DNA of 63,600 bases, the filler included, from Stramenopiles sp. TOSAG23-2 (lineage: Eukaryota): assembly GCA_900128395.1 (NCBI GenBank). It is 17 parts of 17 records of this genome, joined end to end, with 100 filler letters (N's around TTAATTAATTAA, not from the genome) between each part and the next. Parts side by side here need not be neighbours in the genome. Positions count along the whole stretch, not along the records: positions 1 to 3,824 come from LT651085.1; positions 3,925 to 7,741 come from LT651086.1; positions 7,842 to 11,657 come from LT651087.1; 14 more parts are not named here. One strand, given 5' to 3'. The position numbers and the translations under genes were made by a program. Shown one piece after another: positions 1 through 11,091 of the stretch. Each line of letters begins with the position of its first letter. The stretch's first letter is position 1. Under the pieces are notes generated by a model that saw only the letters and a list, made by a program, of their open reading frames with translations, was not told the origin of the DNA and searched no databases.

Positions 1-86
1 TCATTTTTGATTTGAGATGTTAATAAACGGGAGTAAAAGAATTTTATATAACATATGAGTAAGAGAAAAACACACATATATATATA
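1..86. repeat. Dispersed AT-rich intergenic repeat, family A (other copies ~12822-12886 and 27433-27514)
   Basis: TCATTTTTGATTTGAGATGTTAATAAACGGGAGTAAAAGAATTTTATATAA..ATGAGTAAGAGAAAAACAC is near-identical at 27433 and diverged at 12822, on three separate contigs. Confidence 0.85.
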
Positions 87-350
87 TTCGTTATAAGCAC
101 TACTAAATGTTGAATACTATTTTAATAGTACGACTTCGTATAAGTATTTTCATAGAAGTGAAAGGTAATATATGCTTATCATATAATTTTAATTAATTCT
201 CTTACCAGTATAATTTATTTTTTTAATTTACTCATATTGTAATATTTTTTAAAAATCTCTCAGCTCTAGAAAAGTCTAGATCCTAGATTATCTCAGCTCA
301 ACCTGGCTAGCAAGATTTTATGTCGTACCAGGTACAAAAAACAAACTTTT

Positions 351-935
351 TTATGGCATTCTAATATCTTGAAGTTTATATTCTTCAAAAGTTTTTTCTA
401 TATACCCATTCGGGGTAATATTTATATGAACTTCCGTATCACCATCATCATGCTTTAAAGGGGATATTTGATAAAGTATGGTATCTAGTAATGATATCAA
501 ATAGCTATCAATGGAATGATCCTCAGGGATTTCCTTTTGTTCTGCATCATAACGAGTTAATAGTATATCTACTATTTGTGCTTTGTGACACTTTTTGCAT
601 ACTATAACACGACTTTCATTTATAAAACACTGTCCTTCGTTATAATATATATTACAGAATTTGCACCGTTTGTACTCATCCTTTCTAACTCCAGTGCGGC
701 GATTTATCAAACAACAATTGTATGCAAAATTTTCGTATTTATCATTTAAATGTGTATGCTCAAATATATATTCTATACTCTCTCTTCTGGATAAACTATT
801 AAACTCTTTCTTAGACTTGGCGTACGTACCAACATAATAACTAACATTAAAATATTTCCTATTTATGATGGCATTATTATTATTATTAAAGATCGAAAAG
901 ATATAGCTCATTTTCAAGTTTCTCAAGGATACCAT
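351..935 (-). CDS. Hypothetical protein with two CxxC pairs (possible C4 zinc finger)
   Basis: 194-aa ORF; RCKFCN...VCKKCH; no family recognised. Confidence 0.55.
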   Translation of the reverse strand: MVSLRNLKMSYIFSIFNNNNNAIINRKYFNVSYYVGTYAKSKKEFNSLSRRESIEYIFEHTHLNDKYENFAYNCCLINRRTGVRKDEYKRCKFCNIYYNEGQCFINESRVIVCKKCHKAQIVDILLTRYDAEQKEIPEDHSIDSYLISLLDTILYQISPLKHDDGDTEVHINITPNGYIEKTFEEYKLQDIRMP

Positions 936-1409
936 ATATATATATACAAAGTATTTACAACCTTATTCTCAAAAAGATATAACAGCGAGAAAACAATTTC
1001 AATCTCTAGTAATATGCATATGCGATTGAATATATTTGACGTTCTTCTTTTACATACTACTGCAACATATATATATTTTACTACCTGTGAGGTATAAAAA
1101 AACCTCGTGGTGTGCATTTTTAGTGTGTGTATTAATTGTGTTGTTTTTTTATTAATTTATATAGTAGATAGCACTGCAATACAACTACCAAAATTTTTAC
1201 CGTCCATATCTATTTTCCCTTAATCCCTAGTTCTATCTTTTGTCGTAACAAAAAAGGGTGCAAGAACTACATGCAGATTAATTTCGAGGTCTACTTTCAT
1301 TCCAAATTCATATGGAAATAGCTTTAGATTCCAAAATTTCGATGCCTTTTTTTTCTAGATTTTTTTTGTTTGCTAAAGTTCCACATTGCTTCCTCCTTTT
1401 TATAATTTG

Positions 1410-1447
1410 TTTTTAAAAAAAACATCTTCCTCAAAAATTTATTTCTG
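1410..1447. repeat. Left arm of a perfect 38-bp inverted repeat (right arm 3386-3423)
   Basis: TTTTTAAAAAAAACATCTTCCTCAAAAATTTATTTCTG is the exact reverse complement of 3386-3423. Confidence 0.9.
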
Positions 1448-1971
1448 CATAGTTCTGTAATCATACTAATTGTTATTTTCACTATATATCTATTGAACTT
1501 ATACGAAAGTTATACTAAAGGTATAGTGAGTATGATTCTATCTTCCTTATTGTTGAAGTGTTCTTTTTCGCTTTTCGCTTCTCGAAGCATCCTTTTTTGT
1601 TTGTTTACTTTCTCCCTCTATCCTCTATCATTTAGAATTAATTTCAATAATAGTACAAATATTTTGTATTGTTATATTGTTGTTTCCTTTCGAATTCATT
1701 AATTCCAAATTCAATTATAGCTATTAGCACATAGATGCACTGATTAGGAGGGTAAACATACTACTACTGTACCATAAATTATACAGTATATATATACTTG
1801 TTTCGTATACTAATATATAAATATATAATTTACTTGTTTAATATACTAATATATATATATATATATATATATATGTTCAGGTATATCGATCTATAAGCTA
1901 AGTAACTTCAACTTATTTGAAATTAAGTATTAACCCAGACAATCGCGACAAAAAAAAGAAGAGAAAGAAAA

Positions 1972-2769
1972 ATGTGGCCTATTATAATAATATTCACTTT
2001 GATAGTGGGATTAATGTGGGGCATCAAAACATTTCTAAAAGAAAGGGTTACAAATCGTATTGGTGAAGAATTTGAAATAGTACGACATGTAACCCCAGAT
2101 AAACATCCAGTAAATGAAGCAGGGTATGTTAATTTACCAGAGAATGCATCACAAATCAACATTGCTCAGTTCAATACGTATTCCAGAAGACAGCAAGAAG
2201 GATTTGTATTGCTTCACACTACATATCAGAATGATTATCATAAGCTACTTGAACGTGTTTACAAGGACAACAACGAACTTCGAAAAATTGGAATAGCTAT
2301 GGCAAAGGATGGAACAGTAAAATGTTGTGTTTGCAACATCAAAAATGATATATCAAAAACCGTGGTCTTCGAACCATGTAATCACACTTCATGCCACTCT
2401 TGTGATTTCAAAGTCAGCATCCTTCCAACTATTTGGGCTCGCTATGATGCAAATGATAAAGAAGGAATGTATAGTGGTAATAAAGGTCTAATTCACGCTA
2501 GCGTTGTTTTTAATAAAATTTGGGAGGAAGTTTTAGCGGAGATGAAAAACCCGACCCATGCGCATGGAAAACATGTAACTTGCCCGCGTCTATTATGTAG
2601 CAGTGGAATTACAAGACGTGTTCAATATCACCAAGAAAAAGAGCATGAAGGAGCTGATTTTATTAGTGTGACTGTTCCACAAAATGCAACAACAACCACT
2701 GATGATCATAACAATGATGTAAACGAACCGTTTCTTCATATAAATTGTTGTGGGCACGAAAAAGTTTAA
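1972..2769 (+). CDS. N-terminally membrane-anchored RING-like (C3HC4/RBR RING1-like) zinc finger protein
   Basis: Hydrophobic N-terminus MWPIIIIFTLIVGLMWGI; CCVC-x14-CNHTSCHSC and a distant CPRLLC. Confidence 0.65.
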   Translation: MWPIIIIFTLIVGLMWGIKTFLKERVTNRIGEEFEIVRHVTPDKHPVNEAGYVNLPENASQINIAQFNTYSRRQQEGFVLLHTTYQNDYHKLLERVYKDNNELRKIGIAMAKDGTVKCCVCNIKNDISKTVVFEPCNHTSCHSCDFKVSILPTIWARYDANDKEGMYSGNKGLIHASVVFNKIWEEVLAEMKNPTHAHGKHVTCPRLLCSSGITRRVQYHQEKEHEGADFISVTVPQNATTTTDDHNNDVNEPFLHINCCGHEKV

Positions 2770-2978
2770 GTGGAACTATTAAGTTGTTGGAAAATAAAAA
2801 ATTATGATATATTTTTTTACCTAGATCTATGAAATATTATGGTATGACAATATTTTATACCTGGTAAAGATAAAATGAAATAAAAAAATATACGAGTATT
2901 ATATTTTTTATGATACCAATTCGTATAAAATAGTAAAAAAAAAAATGTGTGCGGTAAAAGAAATTTTATATATATAAA

Positions 2979-3750
2979 TATTACGCATAATTTATTTTTT
3001 TAATTTACTCATGATGATAATTCCTACTCTTCAAAAGAATACAATAACTGAGACAATAATATCTATCTCACACTAGTGGTGTTGATATTCTCATAAAAGA
3101 GAATACTAATGAAGGTATAAATAGATGGTATCAACTTATAGTTGATGAAAAACGGACATCATATCATATTATATTTTATTGAGCATATTACTTAACACGA
3201 GAAGTGTAAAAATATTATAACTTAGATTTTAACCATCATATATATTATTTTTTTTCTTATATTTTTGAACATGTATGATAATATGTACGACGTAATATAT
3301 CATATTTATTATAATAATTCTCTTATTTATAATTTAAAGATTTTATTTACTCATAAATATATATTCACTATATATACGTAAATACCAGAAATAAATTTTT
3401 GAGGAAGATGTTTTTTTTAAAAATTATTAAGATTTTATTTACTCATGATGTTATATGCATTATATATACGTAAATACCAGAAATAATTAATACTATTATC
3501 TAGACAGAAGTTCATAAAATGAAAGGGAAAGATATAACTAAACCGGAAAGACCTGTGGAAGAAATATATTTATTAGTTTACGCATAATTTATTTTTTTTA
3601 TTAATTTACTCATGATAATTCCTACTCTTCAAAAGAATACAATAGTACGACGTATATATATATATAATAATATGTATTAAATCTAGATACTTCGTATATA
3701 ATTTTAAATTAATTCTCTTATTTATAATTTAAAGATTTTATTTACTCAGA
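2979..3750. repeat. Patchwork of short AT-rich repeat modules, some shared with other contigs
   Basis: 2979-3046 ~ 3577-3645; 3315-3355 ~ 3710-3750; 3178-3240 ~ 27757-27822; 3044-3095 ~ reverse complement of 42868-42915; TTCCTACTCT(T)CAAAAGAATACA also near 52710. Confidence 0.75.
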
Positions 3751-3824
3751 AATGTATGTGTATATATATAAATTGAAAGTTAAATTGGATAACGACAATG
3801 AGAAAACATTTAGATTGATTAAAG

Positions 3825-3924
3825 NNNNNNNNNNNNNNNNNNNNNNNNNNNNNNNNNNNNNNNNNNNNTTAATTAATTAANNNNNNNNNNNNNNNNNNNN
3901 NNNNNNNNNNNNNNNNNNNNNNNN
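3825..3924. other. Artificial contig linker N44-TTAATTAATTAA-N44. Also at 7742-7841, 11658-11757, 15569-15668, 19478-19577, 23387-23486, 27295-27394, 31203-31302, 35109-35208, 39014-39113, 42919-43018, 46818-46917, 50716-50815, 54608-54707, 58498-58597, 62387-62486
   Basis: The same 100-nt spacer, with stops in all six frames, occurs 16 times; the segments between never increase in length. Confidence 0.99.
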
Positions 3925-4775
3925 ATTCCCTGCCTCGTGATCTATGGGTATCAAATTCTTTAAATTAAGTATATAAGTTCTTAAATATTTAAGTATAATA
4001 TAACGTATTATAATTAGTATATTTTTTACTATCTAAATTAAAAATTCTACTACTCTATCTTGATAGATCAAAGGGTTCACTAAAATTAATCGAAAATAAT
4101 CATTAGGAAAAGACGATAATTAGTATACGAAAAGTATAACTGAAAATGTCACGCTGGGCTATATGGAAATACCATTACCGTTTTGTCGACACTAATTAGG
4201 CCGCAATAGCAGGTAAAAGCGTGACAAAATAGTGCTGTGACGGCCTAAAACAGTGTGACCATAGCCATAGCATTGATTTTCAATAGTATATACACAGCAT
4301 CCAATAATACACGGACTTGATTAGAATAGACATACCATTGGTGTCAATAGTATATACACAGCACTGTTATCCTGAACCCTCATTGTAACTATACAACATC
4401 GCCACCAATCAACACAAACCAACCAAATCTGTACTTCACTTAAAGAATACAATTTTATATAGGCAAAATAACTTCCTGATAACACTTAATTTTTATCTCG
4501 AACAGGGGTCCTTGCCGTCTGTGCGGCAGCTGGAACTTAATATAATAGATCTGGATATTAATATTAATAAGATGACATTATTTATTATTAATTATTAGTA
4601 GTAGTAGTAGTACTATTATTATTATATGTATTTGCCAGGATTAGTATTATTGATGAATAATTATTAATATTGTACATACTCTATATCCACTTTTCACTTA
4701 TATAATATTAATCAAAGCAAATTAACAGTGTTATTCGAATACATACCAGGCTTCAATATAGTACAATATATAAGA

Positions 4776-7741
4776 ATGGAACAGCATTCTTTTGAAGATG
4801 TATGGCAACTAAAGGAAAAAATAAAAGATGCCGCGAAATCTACTGCATCTGATAAAAAAAGCGACAATTATTACTCTTTATTTCAGCGTTTTGAAGGTGA
4901 TAGTAGCAGTTTTGTATATTATAGTGAGATTAATAAATTGTTAGGCTCTGATCTCAGTCATGTGCAAATTGATGAAGCATATAGCTTACTAGATCAACAC
5001 GAAAATGGAGTGGTTGATATTATAGAATTCGAGACTTGGTACAAGGGTAATACTGCGTTGGTTTTAAACTTGTTGAAAAATGAAAGTAGCATGTTACAAT
5101 GTTCAAACTTAAACTTTTTGCACAATAATAAAATTAAGAAAAATAATCCACGATTAAAACATCATTTAAACGTCGCAATAACATCTAGAGAAATAGTAGA
5201 AATGAGTAATTATACCGACAAAAAGATAATCGACAAGGAATATATAAAGATTTATTTCTGCGATGGTTCATATGAGGTTGTATATTTTAATCAATATATG
5301 ACGGTAAAAAATTTATGTGTATCCATAAAAGAAATATTAGGATTAATATACGATAGCGATTTTGCTTTATTTTATTATGTAAATGGGGAATTTAATAGAT
5401 GCTTTGACGATGAAAGTGAATTGATCATCACGATCTTGCAGGCCGAAAAAATAGACGCAGAACACAAAAAATGTCACTTCGTTTATCGTAGGAAGTGTTC
5501 TTTTCCATGGTCTCCATTTGAAAAGCATGTTGATGATGCCACAAAATCCAGTAATGCTGCCCACCGTCTGCAATACGCCGAATTTCTATTTCGCTATTTA
5601 AGCGGATATTATAGATGTAATATAGGACAATGCATAAAATTGGCTGTAATAGCTCTTCAAAGTGATATAGGACTTGAAAATATAAACGTGATAAAAAGCA
5701 GTGAAGAAGATTCAAAAGGTAACGATTATTTAGTAAAACACTTGGAGTCTTATCTACCCCAACGAGTATTAAAGTTATATGAGACTAGATACGAGTTGCT
5801 GTCTAAACGAATTATTAAAATTTTTGAAAAAACATCTTCCAACCTACAAGAGAAAAGCGATGAAGATATACAAGTGAAATTTAATGCTGAAAAACAATTC
5901 ATTGGCCTTTGTAAAAGATGGTTTCCTGATACGTATTATGACATGTTTTTCGAAATCACATTTGAATACAAGGAACTGCTTTTCGAAGAGGATCAAGACG
6001 ATTTGGAGGAACTCCAAGTAGACATAGAAAATATGAAAAGGGCAAGTCTTGGTTTGGGGGCTTGTGGCGCACATATTATAACATATGATGATAAATTGGA
6101 TGCATATACAACCTCAAATATAAAATATGAAGATATGACACAATGGGCTACTAATGAAGATGATCAGTGTTTTTTTATTTTTAAAACTAAATCTGTATAT
6201 ATATTTCATGGCTCCCATGCAATACAAATAGAGCCAATCTTAGCCAAGTACGTTGCAGAATTGACTGCTAAAACTGAAAATGATAGTGTTTTGTCTATGA
6301 CATTATCAAAACGGGTATGGACATATGGCGAGGTAGAATCATTGTTTAAAATGTTTAATGTGGATGAGAGTTATCAATTAGATTATGACGAGATTAATAA
6401 GCTTTTAAGAACATTGGGAAAACATCTCAACAGAGAACAACTTCAGGAAGCGTATACCATGCTAGATATTAATAATGATGGTCGCGTAAATCAAAAAGAT
6501 TTTCAAGTTTGGTGGGCAAATAATCAAGATATAGAATCATGTGGAGTCCAAGATTACTTGCATAAGGACTTTAAGATTCAAGATTTAACCAAAGATGAAG
6601 AAAATCATAATGCAACAGATACATTTGGGACGCCTCAACCTAAGAGGCGGAAGTCACAGATTTTTGATACACTAGTCCCGGTGAATCCATCGATAACTTC
6701 GCCAACTGTAACAACTAGCGAAAAAAAAAAGATGCGTTTGTCTCGTAGAGATTCATTTACTGTAATGAAAAATCCATTAAGTCCAAGAAATGCAACAACA
6801 AGAAAAAGTCTGTTTGGAAAGAGTCCTGCTACATCGAACATACATGATGAAAATATTGGTGATAATGTTGATGATGCATTAGAAGCCAAATTTGAATTAA
6901 GCATATTACAAGCATATATTGACACAGTATGGATCAAATACGATATTGACGGTAATGGCACGATAAATGTAGATGAAACAAAGCAACTGTTATCAGATAT
7001 TACAGGTCATGAATCAATATCACATGAAGAATGTGAGCGATTTGTAAAAGCATTAGATCAGCAAGAAAAAATGAAAGATCATGAAATCAACCATGTAATT
7101 GACAAAGACGAATTTATATTTTTCGTTGATGATATGATGCAAATGTCAATAGATGATAGAAAGGAATATGCTGCACGTGGTTTGTTTCAACAAATATTGA
7201 TAGACTTTGCAAATGGTATTGTTAACCAATTCAAAAATTATCAAACAGAGAAAATGGAATTATATAAACAGTTTTCTGCATATATTTTTAATAATTATGC
7301 TGATGATAAAACTAAATTGACAATCAAAACATGTGAAGTATTATTACAAGATATATCATCAGAGAATTCCATATCAAATGATATAGTTCAAGCATTTATC
7401 AATCAAGTAAGAAACGAAGATGAACATTTAAAGGATGATGAGGAAGAATCAGAATCAACTACATCATATGATATATCCGAAGATCAGCTACATGTATATA
7501 TTGTAAAAGTAATGTGTATGGATAATGAGAAAAAGGAAATATATGGGTCCCAAAGCTCATATCACGACTTTTTACTAAAAGTTTTCAAAGGTATTAATGC
7601 TAAATGGAAACTTTACAAAGAAGATGATAAAGACATACAAGCACAAGAACAAGAAGAGGAAGAAGAACCTGTATCAATAGAATCAGCTACAAATGAGTCT
7701 ACCATCGAAGTAAATAAAGATGATGATGATAAAGACATACA
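4776..7741 (+). CDS. EF-hand and FERM-domain protein, 3' truncated by the contig end
   Basis: EF loops DQHENGVVDIIEF, DINNDGRVNQKDF, DIDGNGTINVDE; FERM-like IKIYFCDGS...TVKNLC...LGL...DFALF and YLSGYYRCNIGQCIKLAVIALQSDIG, then a PH-like lobe; first ATG at 4776. Confidence 0.8.
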
Positions 7742-7841
7742 NNNNNNNNNNNNNNNNNNNNNNNNNNNNNNNNNNNNNNNNNNNNTTAATTAATTAANNN
7801 NNNNNNNNNNNNNNNNNNNNNNNNNNNNNNNNNNNNNNNNN

Positions 7842-8193
7842 AACAAATTGTATCTTTTAAAAATCGAATTATTTGCTGATCAAGGACACGTAAAATGTAT
7901 CCTAAGAGCAACAAACCACCAGCCTCAACAACATTTTGAAAATTTTTTGGATCAACATTTTTTGGTTTTACCCACAATGCTAGTTTTTGCTTCAAATCGT
8001 ACGGACCATACATTATATACAAATATCCTAGTATACCCAAGATGATAAGTGTATTTTTAATATAATATGATATTGGTTTTTTTTGCTTACTTTTCGCAAG
8101 ACGTAACTCATCTCTGTTTTGTTTTCGTTGTCTTTCCAATTCTTTTCTCTGTGCTTCAAGTTCTTGAATTCGTTCGTCCATGATGATGTACAC
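7842..8193 (-). CDS. Hypothetical coiled-coil plus transmembrane protein, 3' truncated
   Basis: ERIQELEAQRKELERQRK coil; hydrophobic TLIILGILGYLYIMY and GLLLLGYIL; runs into the linker. Confidence 0.5.
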
Positions 8194-8799
8194 GTTCCTT
8201 GTATCTGTTTATAATAAACCAAAGTAGCAGGTAAATATAATTATTCAAATTTCTTTTCTTTTTTTACGTCTCGATTTTTTTACCTATCCAGATATGACGT
8301 GCGGGTATAATCAATGGTCGAATGAATGCCAAATACGTTCTAGGCAAACAAACGAACGTTATGTTGATACGTATATATATTTTTTTTATCGTTATATGAA
8401 AATATGCTGTTTTTTCCTTTTTAAAAGAATAAAACCAAGTAGTTTTTCTATGATTTTGATAATAATTATATTTTTTTTATGAATATAAATACTTACACAA
8501 CAAAGTGGTAAGATATATTCAAATCTATATTGACAATAATATAAACGTAGCGTCACTAAACACTTAATAATATTTCAATAGATATTCCTATGGATATATA
8601 TATATAGATATAGATATATATGTGTATGGTATATATAAATATATTCTATTCTATTTATTATTTTTATATTAAATATATATTTATATATTTAAACAAATTG
8701 GATATATGTGATTTAGCTGTGTGACTGCTGAAAATGATATCAATGGTATCCTCCTGCTAAAAATGAAAACATGGTTTTTAGTGCCAAAAACCAGTTTAG

Positions 8800-8847
8800 C
8801 TTTGTCCCTTTCCCCCGTGGGGACATACTCGCCTGCCAATGCTATTC
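8800..8847 (+). repeat. 48-bp direct repeat, copy 1 (copy 2 at 11546-11593), with an internal GC-rich hairpin
   Basis: CTTTGTCCCTTTCCCCCGTGGGGACATACTCGCCTGCCAATGCTATTC is identical at both sites; TGTCCC...GGGACA stem. Confidence 0.92.
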
Positions 8848-9161
8848 ACCTGTCCATGCTATCCACATGCTAATATTTTTTTTGATGCTGTGTACCTGTA
8901 TTTGTACTATTCGCCTGCTATCATGAGGATCAGTATATATGCCACATCTTCTCCATTTCCTGTATAAGAAGCTAAGGTGATGGTACTTTAAACCCCTATA
9001 TATTCGTCTTACGAAAATTTTCTTCCACCGCCTACTTTTCTTTTTTTTCGCCAATGCGTCATGTTTATAATTGGCTTGTTTACGTATCAGTCGAATTGGA
9101 CATTTATTTTTTTAATTCGCTTTTCGTTTTACCCCCGTCCTAGCATCCAACAGGAGCTTTG

Positions 9162-9980
9162 CTAATTCGATGTGACCTTTGTTGGAAAAGCCCATAAGTA
9201 ATAACCACCCCCAACATACACTGTCTCACCATCTGAAGAGATGACAGGAGAAGAATACCCTGTATTTTGAAAAGTACCTATACCATAAGCCCATTTCTTT
9301 GTTCCATGAGTTGTATTAATAGCATAAAAGTTACCATCGTCGCTCGCAACATACACTGTCTCACCATCAGAGGAGATTGCAGGGGTAGAACGCACATTAC
9401 CACCTGTTGTATATGTCCATTTTCGAGATCCATTAGCAGTATTTATGGCATATAGATTTTTGTTTGCACTCCCGGCATACACTGTCTCACCATTAGAGGA
9501 TATTGCAAGGGAAGAAAACCCCGGATAATTTCCCTCTGAAGTATAATTCCATTTCTGCGATCCATCAGCTGTATTAAATGCTAAAGAAAAAGAACTCCCA
9601 ACATATACCGTTTTACCATCTGGAGAGATTGCAGGGGAAGAAAACCCACTAAAAAGGGAAACGGAAGCGAATGAATTATTCCATTTCTGCGACCCATCAG
9701 CTGTATTGATGGCAAAAAAATAATCCCGTAACCCTAGATATATTGTTTTACCATCAGAAGAGAATGCTGGGCTGCTTTGATTATTATATCGGCTTTCAGA
9801 ACGCAACGAAATATTCCATAATTGCGATCCATCAGTTGTATTGATGGCTTCAAATGCAGTCTGACCACTTCCACCCCCAATATACACCGTTTTACAGTCA
9901 GAAGAGAATGTTACTGCAGCTAAAGAGGCATAAAACACTGTTCTATAAACCCATTTCTTCATTCCACCAATCGTACACAC
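9162..9980 (-). CDS. PQQ-like/BamB-like beta-propeller repeat protein, apparently 5' truncated
   Basis: About six repeats of SSPAISSDG(E/K)TVYVG...AINT.DGS.KW; the ORF begins mid-blade with no signal peptide. Confidence 0.85.
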   Translation of the reverse strand: MCTIGGMKKWVYRTVFYASLAAVTFSSDCKTVYIGGGSGQTAFEAINTTDGSQLWNISLRSESRYNNQSSPAFSSDGKTIYLGLRDYFFAINTADGSQKWNNSFASVSLFSGFSSPAISPDGKTVYVGSSFSLAFNTADGSQKWNYTSEGNYPGFSSLAISSNGETVYAGSANKNLYAINTANGSRKWTYTTGGNVRSTPAISSDGETVYVASDDGNFYAINTTHGTKKWAYGIGTFQNTGYSSPVISSDGETVYVGGGYYLWAFPTKVTSN

Positions 9981-10121
9981 AATCCAATTCTTCGTGATAC
10001 TTAGTGGGTAACTTATTATGTAGTTTATTTCGGTGTTTTATCAGATTCTGAGAACCATCCAGTGGTTTAAACCCCCACATTGTATGTTTTATACATAGTT
10101 TTTATGTATTTAGTAGAATGT

Positions 10122-10499
10122 TACCTTGTCCCCACGGTATATATATATATATATTTATATATACCATATAATACTATTTCACCGTAATAGGTACAGGTAC
10201 ATACCATGGGTATAAAGTCAAACAATAAATATTCTGGGGGGGGTAAAAAAAAAAAAAAAAAATGAGTCAAAACCACACCCAATGGTATATAAGCCTATTT
10301 AACCCCTGCTGTGTAGTGTTAATGTATTAGCTTTACATAGCATTAGAGCCCAAAATAGAAAATAATATATTTCTGGGGGTGCAGAATATTTTTTGTTTGA
10401 CTTTATACCCTTGCTGTGTGCCTGTACCTATTACGGAGGAATAGTATTGATGGTATATATAAATATATATTATATATATATCCCCGTAGGGACAAGGTA
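10122..10499. repeat. Imperfect long inverted repeat (arms ~10122-10234 and ~10383-10499)
   Basis: TACCTTGTCCCCACGG(TA)n...TACCAT..AATACTATT..CCGTAATAGGTACAGG..GGGTATAAAGTCAAACAA..AATATTCTG is mirrored by the right arm, which ends CCGTAGGGACAAGGTA. Confidence 0.88.
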
Positions 10500-10584
10500 G
10501 ATTTATAAGTTATGGTATATAAGTAATACTATACATATATAAAATGAGTGTGGTAAGTGTTAAAAGAGAAAAAACCAACCGACG

Positions 10585-11091
10585 TTATGCATTTTGTGGC
10601 AGCATGGGCAGAATCATATTTGCCTGAGAGTATAATTCATTGGGTCGATTTAATGCTGGTGTTCCGGTTAATAATACTGCTTTATCGATATAACGTATCA
10701 AAGGAGAAAGACCTTTGGTTCTTTTCGTCTTGTGGTTCTTTAAGTAATGCGATTCATCGCATATAACCATGTCAAACCCATACTCCATCAGTTCCTGTCT
10801 TCTCTTAGTTGCTAACTCATAAGATATGATAACAGGATAACCATTGAGTTTATCCGTTCCTTTTTTAATGAGAGATACGCTCTCCGGTTTCACATCCAAC
10901 CATTTTTCAAATTCTGCTCTCCAATTGTAACGTAAATATGCTGGACAAATAACTAATATCCTTGTTATACCATAGTATTTAGTCAATGTCAATGCCTGCA
11001 ATGTTTTGCCCAAACCCATGTCATCTGCTATGAGTGCTCGACCATCAAAATGTCGTACTACATGTTCAACACCTTCTTTTTGATACGGAAA
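10585..11091 (-). pseudogene. Fragment of a SNF2-family (SMARCAL1/ZRANB3-like) helicase, ATPase lobe 1 only
   Basis: Reading upstream of the called ATG gives FPYQKEGV (Q motif), ALIADDMGLGKT (I), ILVICPAYLRYNW (Ia), ICDESHYLKN (II), LLTGTPALNRPNELYSQ (III); an in-frame stop lies just upstream and the ORF ends soon after motif III. Confidence 0.88.

Noticed and set aside
8842-9054. 70-aa basic ORF next to the direct repeat
   Set aside because: Non-ATG start, overlaps repeat-derived sequence, no recognisable motif
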